This document shows positions 35,898-40,334 of a stretch of 40,334 bases of DNA, one piece after another. This DNA is from a virus (lineage: Duplodnaviria > Caudoviricetes). The notes under the pieces are model-generated. The model made no database searches. It had not been told where the DNA came from and saw only the letters and a list, made by a program, of their open reading frames with translations. The first letter of the stretch is position 1. Every line of letters begins with the position of its first letter. The translations under genes were made by a program, and so were the position numbers. The stretch lies in the IMG/VR virus record IMGVR_UViG_3300032218_000672, positions 1 through 40,334 of that record. One strand, 5' to 3'.

Positions 35898-38447
35898 ATG
35901 GCAACACAGTTCCCCCAAGATCCCAATGCAGGTCGTTTTATAGACGGCTTGAACAACAGTCAGGTTGAAGCTGACGAGGGCGTTGAATATGAGATGCCAC
36001 CAGAGGACGCAGAGATTGAAGAGCTCCCTGATGGATCGGCCATTGTGCACATGGAGAGCAAGGGCCCCATGGAGGACGAAGACTTCTACGCCAACTTGGC
36101 TGAGGAAATTTCACCCTTTGACCTGAACAAGATCGCTTTGCGGTACATGGACTTGGTCGAGAACGACAAGAAGTCTCGTGAGGAGCGCGACAAAAAGTAC
36201 GAAGAGGGACTTAAACGTACGGGTATGGGGAATGATGCGCCGGGCGGTGCCACCTTCATGGGCGCCAGCAAGGTCGTTCACCCTGTCATGGCCGAAGCCT
36301 GCGTGGACTTTGCCTCCCGTGCCATCAAGGAGATGTTCCCACCTGACGGCCCCACCCGCACCAAGATCTTAGGCGACGTGGACGAGCAGAAGATTCAAAA
36401 GGCTGAGCGCAAGCGCGACTACATGAATTGGCAGTTGACCGAGCAGATCGAAGAGTTCCGCGACGAGCAGGAACAGATGCTGACTCAGCTCCCTTTGGGC
36501 GGCTCACAGTACATGAAGCTGTGGTACGACGAGAAGAAGAAGCGTCCCTGCGCTGAGTTCATGCCAATCGACAACATCCTACTGCCCTTTGCCGCGGCCA
36601 ACTTTTATACAGCCCAGCGTGTTACTGAGATGCAGACCATCACCGAGTGGGAGTTCAAGAACCGCATTCGCTCAGGTCTGTACCGTGACATCGACTTGGT
36701 TCGCGTAAGCGCTGAGCCAGAGGAAACCCACTCCGAGAAGGCCAACAATAAGATTGAAGGCCGCAAGTGGGACGACAACGAGGATGGCCTGCGCAAGGTC
36801 TATCACATCTACACATGGCTGGAGCTGGAGGACGACCCACTGACCAACGGTGAGTCCGCCCCCTACATCCTGATGGTTGACGAGCACGAGAACGAGTGCG
36901 TTGGCTTGTATCGTAACTGGGAAGAGGGCGACGAGACACAGACTAAGCTTGATTGGTTAGTCGAGTTCAAGTTCATCCCATGGCGTGGTGCGTACGCTAT
37001 TGGTCTGCCACAGCTCATAGGAGGCCTCTCCGCGGCCCTTACAGGGTCGCTACGCGCTTTGCTGGACTCTGCCCATATCAACAACGCCGCAACCATGCTC
37101 AAGCTCAAGGGAGCAAAGATCTCGGGCCAGTCCCAACAGGTCGATGTGACTCAGGTGTGTGAGATCGAAGGGGCTCCCGGCGTCGATGACATCCGCAAGA
37201 TCGCCATGCCCATGCCTTTCAACCCACCTTCCGCGGTCTTATTTCAGCTTCTGGGCTGGCTAGACGGTGCGGCCAAGGGGGTAGTGACCACCGCAGAGGA
37301 AAAGATCGCTGACGTTAACTCCAACACCCCAGTTGGAACCACCCAAGCTTTGATCGAGCAGGGCGCCGCGGTGTTCTCTGCCATTCACTCACGCCTGCAT
37401 GACAGCCAAGGCCGCGTTCTGAAGATCCTTGGACGCCTGAATCGTTGGTACTTGGAAGAGCAACGCAAGGGTGAAGTGGTCGCAGATCTGGATATTCGCA
37501 AGGAAGACTTTGCATCCAACACCGATGTGATCCCTGTCTCTGACCCACACATCTTCTCTGAGACCCAACGTATGGCTCAGAGTCAGGCTGTGATGCAGAT
37601 CATGAAGGAAAACCCTGATCTGTTCAATCGCAAGGTGGTGGTTGAGCGGTTCCTGAAGCAGATCAAGGTTCCCGGCATTAACGAGATCATGATTGACGTG
37701 CCAGCCCCAGAGAAGCGCGACGCGCCGAACGAGAATGTGGCCATGATGCTGGGCCAAGCCGCCTTTTCCTACATGGAACAAGATCATTTGGCCCACATCC
37801 AAACGCACTTGGAGTTTTTCAAAGACCCAATTTTTGGCTCAAACCCTATGGTCACGCCAATTATCTTGCCTCGCATGATGGAGCATATCAAGCAACACCT
37901 GTCCATGTGGTACCTGATACGCATGAACGGCTATGCAACCAAAGCTTTGGGACGTGCCACGGACGACTACGACAACCCACAGGTTACTGCACAGGCCGAC
38001 AAGCTTATGGCATTGGCCTCACAGAACGTCACCTTGGACACTCAGAAGGTTTTTGCGCAGGTTGTGCCAGAGTTGCAGAAGATGATGCAGATGATGCAAC
38101 AGTTCAAGCAGACTCAGACCCCTCCAATGACCCCAGAGGCTCAAGTTTTGCTCCAAACAAGCATGGCCGAGACCCAACGCCTGACAGCAAAAGACCAAGC
38201 GGACAATCAACTGAACGTCCAAAAGCTTCAAAACCAACAACAACTGGACGTTGCCAAGCTCACGCAGAGCAAAGAGCAGTTCAGCGCCGAACAACAGCTC
38301 GAAGTGGCGATGCAAACAGAGAAAAACCTCACCCAAGAGCGCATAGAGTCTGCAAGATTGACGCGAGACGCGGCAAAACTGCAACAAGAGCAGGTAAAAA
38401 CTGCAACCCAGCTTCAAAACGAAGCACAAACCTACTTAGGAGGCTGA
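35898..38447 (+). CDS. Portal protein (podovirus type, long C-terminal Gln-rich barrel)
   Basis: 849 aa; HPVMAEACVDF, FPPDGP, PVGTTQALIEQG, IPVSDP; position after terL and before the scaffold-like gene. Confidence 0.85.
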   Translation: MATQFPQDPNAGRFIDGLNNSQVEADEGVEYEMPPEDAEIEELPDGSAIVHMESKGPMEDEDFYANLAEEISPFDLNKIALRYMDLVENDKKSREERDKKYEEGLKRTGMGNDAPGGATFMGASKVVHPVMAEACVDFASRAIKEMFPPDGPTRTKILGDVDEQKIQKAERKRDYMNWQLTEQIEEFRDEQEQMLTQLPLGGSQYMKLWYDEKKKRPCAEFMPIDNILLPFAAANFYTAQRVTEMQTITEWEFKNRIRSGLYRDIDLVRVSAEPEETHSEKANNKIEGRKWDDNEDGLRKVYHIYTWLELEDDPLTNGESAPYILMVDEHENECVGLYRNWEEGDETQTKLDWLVEFKFIPWRGAYAIGLPQLIGGLSAALTGSLRALLDSAHINNAATMLKLKGAKISGQSQQVDVTQVCEIEGAPGVDDIRKIAMPMPFNPPSAVLFQLLGWLDGAAKGVVTTAEEKIADVNSNTPVGTTQALIEQGAAVFSAIHSRLHDSQGRVLKILGRLNRWYLEEQRKGEVVADLDIRKEDFASNTDVIPVSDPHIFSETQRMAQSQAVMQIMKENPDLFNRKVVVERFLKQIKVPGINEIMIDVPAPEKRDAPNENVAMMLGQAAFSYMEQDHLAHIQTHLEFFKDPIFGSNPMVTPIILPRMMEHIKQHLSMWYLIRMNGYATKALGRATDDYDNPQVTAQADKLMALASQNVTLDTQKVFAQVVPELQKMMQMMQQFKQTQTPPMTPEAQVLLQTSMAETQRLTAKDQADNQLNVQKLQNQQQLDVAKLTQSKEQFSAEQQLEVAMQTEKNLTQERIESARLTRDAAKLQQEQVKTATQLQNEAQTYLGG

Positions 38448-38448
38448 A

Positions 38449-38604
38449 ATGGCTACATCTAACCCTTATCACAACGAAGCAGTGCCCATGCACAAGCGTA
38501 TCGCCGCCGGCGAGAAGCTCGATGGCTCTTCTTTGAAGTCCTCTGGCAACTCCCAGCCAGCCAAAAAACAAGGAGGCGCCTTATCGCAAGCTAAGAAAAA
38601 ATAA
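38449..38604 (+). CDS. 51-aa basic peptide (absent from the ORF track)
   Basis: GGAGG RBS; MATSNPYHNEAVPMHKRIAAG...KKQGGALSQAKKK*; TAATG coupling. Confidence 0.65.
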   Translation: MATSNPYHNEAVPMHKRIAAGEKLDGSSLKSSGNSQPAKKQGGALSQAKKK

Positions 38605-38795
38605 TGTTATTCAATTTGGGTGATCTGATCGGCGCAATCAAGGCGCGTCAAGCTGAAATAGCTTCTTCCTTAGCGGCTGGAAACGTCGCGTCATGGGAGA
38701 CGTACCAACGCACGGTCGGCACAAACCTAGGGTTACAAGAAACCCTAGACTTAATTAACAAAATGTTAAAGGAAGATGAAGAAGATGAGCGATAA
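38604..38795 (+). CDS. Small head-module protein
   Basis: 63 aa; LAAG....WETYQRTVG...GL; acidic end. Confidence 0.7.
   Translation: MLFNLGDLIGAIKARQAEIASSLAAGNVASWETYQRTVGTNLGLQETLDLINKMLKEDEEDER
38722..38769. promoter_or_regulatory. Operator pair upstream of groES (inside the 63-aa ORF)
   Basis: CAAAC-ctagg-GTTAC (38722), TTAAC-aaaat-GTTAA (38755); also CTAGGGTT-N6-AACCCTAG inverted repeat. Confidence 0.45.
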
Positions 38796-39219
38796 CCCCG
38801 AAGTGTTGGAAAACGCTGAAGTTAAGTGGGCATTCCCCGCTGTGAATCCGGGTGCTAAGCCATTAGGTGGTCGAATTTTGGTGCAACTACGTCGCACACG
38901 ACAGAAAACGACAGGCGCAGGGATTATTTTGGTGGAAGAGACCAAAGAGACCGAGAAGTGGCAAAACATGGTGGCAAAAGTCATCGACGTTGGCCCTCTC
39001 GCATTCAAAAACCGCGACACGATGCAAGGTTGGCCCGAGGGGTCATGGTGCGAAGTCGGCGATTACATCCGAGTCCCTAAATGGGGCGGAGATAGGTGGG
39101 AAGTTAAGGTAGATGGCGAGGATGATCGTGAAGATCCAGCCCTGTTCATGATCCTGAACGACCACGAAATCATTGCCAAAGTCATTGGTGATCCCCTAGC
39201 TATGAAAGCATTCTTATGA
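38776..39219 (+). CDS. groES: GroES/Cpn10-like co-chaperonin (start may be 38785)
   Basis: KPLGGRILV, GAGIIL mobile loop, VIDVGP, EVGD, ILNDHEIIAKV. Confidence 0.88.
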   Translation: MKKMSDNPEVLENAEVKWAFPAVNPGAKPLGGRILVQLRRTRQKTTGAGIILVEETKETEKWQNMVAKVIDVGPLAFKNRDTMQGWPEGSWCEVGDYIRVPKWGGDRWEVKVDGEDDREDPALFMILNDHEIIAKVIGDPLAMKAFL

Positions 39220-40163
39220 CCACAGAAAACGAACTTGACAAGATCAATGTGACGGAAGAGGCGGACGGTTCAGCCGTTATTGACCTACCTGACAGCATTG
39301 AATCCCCAGACGAGCAGGAAGACGAGCGTGAAATGGCGTCTGGTGGCTCTACAGACGACGATGTAGCCCCTGAAGACGAGACGGAGTACCAACGTGCCCG
39401 TCGTGAGAAACGCCGCGCTAAGCGGGATCTGGCCAAAAAGACAGGCGTCGAGAAGGACATGAAACTCCAGCATTTGGAACGCAAGAACCAAGAACTGATG
39501 GAGCGTTTGTCCGTGGTGGAGCGCAAAACCCACTCTGCCGACCTAGCTCGCATTGATAAGGCCATTGAAGACCAAGAGTTGCGCCTTCAGTACGCCAAAA
39601 TGAAGATTTCAGAGGCGGCAAGCGCGGCTGACGGCCACGCCATGACGGAAGCGCAAGAGATTATGTATGACGCACGTCGTCAAATGGAAGCTCTGACTAA
39701 CTTCAAAAAGGCGGCTATTGAGCCTCGCCAGACCCAAGGAAACGTCCCAGATCCACGCCTGCAACGCCTAGCGTCGAACTGGATGGAACGAAATAATTGG
39801 TATGACCCGAACGGTCGGGACACCGATTCTAAGATTGCAAAGCAGATTGACGAGGGCCTAGTGGCGGAAGGTTGGAACCCAACCGAACCCGATTATTGGG
39901 ATGAACTTGACAATCGCTTGCATAAGTACTTGCCTCACAAGTACAATGACAGCACGGACGTACGTTCGTCTACTAAGAGACCAAGGAGTGTTGTTACAAG
40001 TTCTGGTCGCGAAAGCGTCAATGGAAGCACCAACAGGAATACATTTGTTTTGAAACCAGAACAAGTGCGTGCCATGAAAGATGCAGGCTTTTGGGATGAT
40101 CCCAACAAGCGCGCCAAGATGATTAAGCGATATGCGCAAGAAGCTCGAAACAACTCTTACTAA
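39216..40163 (+). CDS. Capsid scaffolding-like protein
   Basis: Acidic N-terminus, long coiled coil, W...N.W, YWDELD.R, C-terminal helix; position in the head module. Confidence 0.65.
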   Translation: MTTENELDKINVTEEADGSAVIDLPDSIESPDEQEDEREMASGGSTDDDVAPEDETEYQRARREKRRAKRDLAKKTGVEKDMKLQHLERKNQELMERLSVVERKTHSADLARIDKAIEDQELRLQYAKMKISEAASAADGHAMTEAQEIMYDARRQMEALTNFKKAAIEPRQTQGNVPDPRLQRLASNWMERNNWYDPNGRDTDSKIAKQIDEGLVAEGWNPTEPDYWDELDNRLHKYLPHKYNDSTDVRSSTKRPRSVVTSSGRESVNGSTNRNTFVLKPEQVRAMKDAGFWDDPNKRAKMIKRYAQEARNNSY

Positions 40164-40173
40164 GGAAACAAGT

Positions 40174-40334
40174 ATGACCGAATCACGTTTGAAAAAATCT
40201 CTGAATGCAGGTGGACGCAATGATCGCGCAAGCGAGGACGCAAGTCGCGCCGCTCCAGAAACAAAGTTCGTAAGCTCACAGGAACGTCGAAAGATGTGGA
40301 GTGATGAATGGAACCAATCAGCACTGCCAAAAGT
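40174..40334 (+). CDS. Head-module protein, 3' truncated
   Basis: AAGGA RBS; MTESRLKKSLNAGGR...WNQSALPK remains open to the window end. Confidence 0.6.
   Translation, partial: MTESRLKKSLNAGGRNDRASEDASRAAPETKFVSSQERRKMWSDEWNQSALPK

Noticed and set aside
1-40334. Stop-codon reassignment or intron/intein interruption
   Set aside because: Genes tile densely under the standard code; terL and portal look uninterrupted.

Overview
This is a large part of a tailed dsDNA phage genome, probably a short-tailed (podo-type) phage of a Gram-negative host. The window opens in the 3' end of a LamG-like fibre gene and ends in the head module before the major capsid gene. Gene order: lysis region (several small membrane or secreted proteins, a T4-T-like GAF membrane protein, a GH108 endolysin, a 3TM holin); tail adaptor, fibre and nozzle; four probable internal/ejection proteins (a 1540-aa Pro-Thr-repeat protein, two pilot-like proteins, an SLT transglycosylase); a terminator; a leftward early operon (PD-(D/E)XK nuclease, SSB-like protein); a Cro-like HTH and DUF1376 replication initiator; a nin-like accessory region (RusA, GT2, Ref-like HNH, GIY-YIG, PAPS-reductase family); terS and terL; two large mosaic polyvalent proteins; portal; GroES; scaffold-like protein. 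No integrase, CI, DNA polymerase, tRNA or CRISPR array was seen. The main leads are: (1) a recurring xxxGGx[VI] tag with a shared 'RDTM' linker that separates enzyme-like modules in the polyvalent proteins and also occurs in the scaffold-like and giant internal proteins; (2) a possible T4-style lysis-inhibition set (T/RI/RIII-like); (3) a genome-wide TTAAC-N5-GTTAA operator family; (4) a TonB-box-like motif at the start of a ~285-aa Pro-Thr rod; (5) two structured RNA candidates. All family calls come from motifs recognised by eye; no searches were run.
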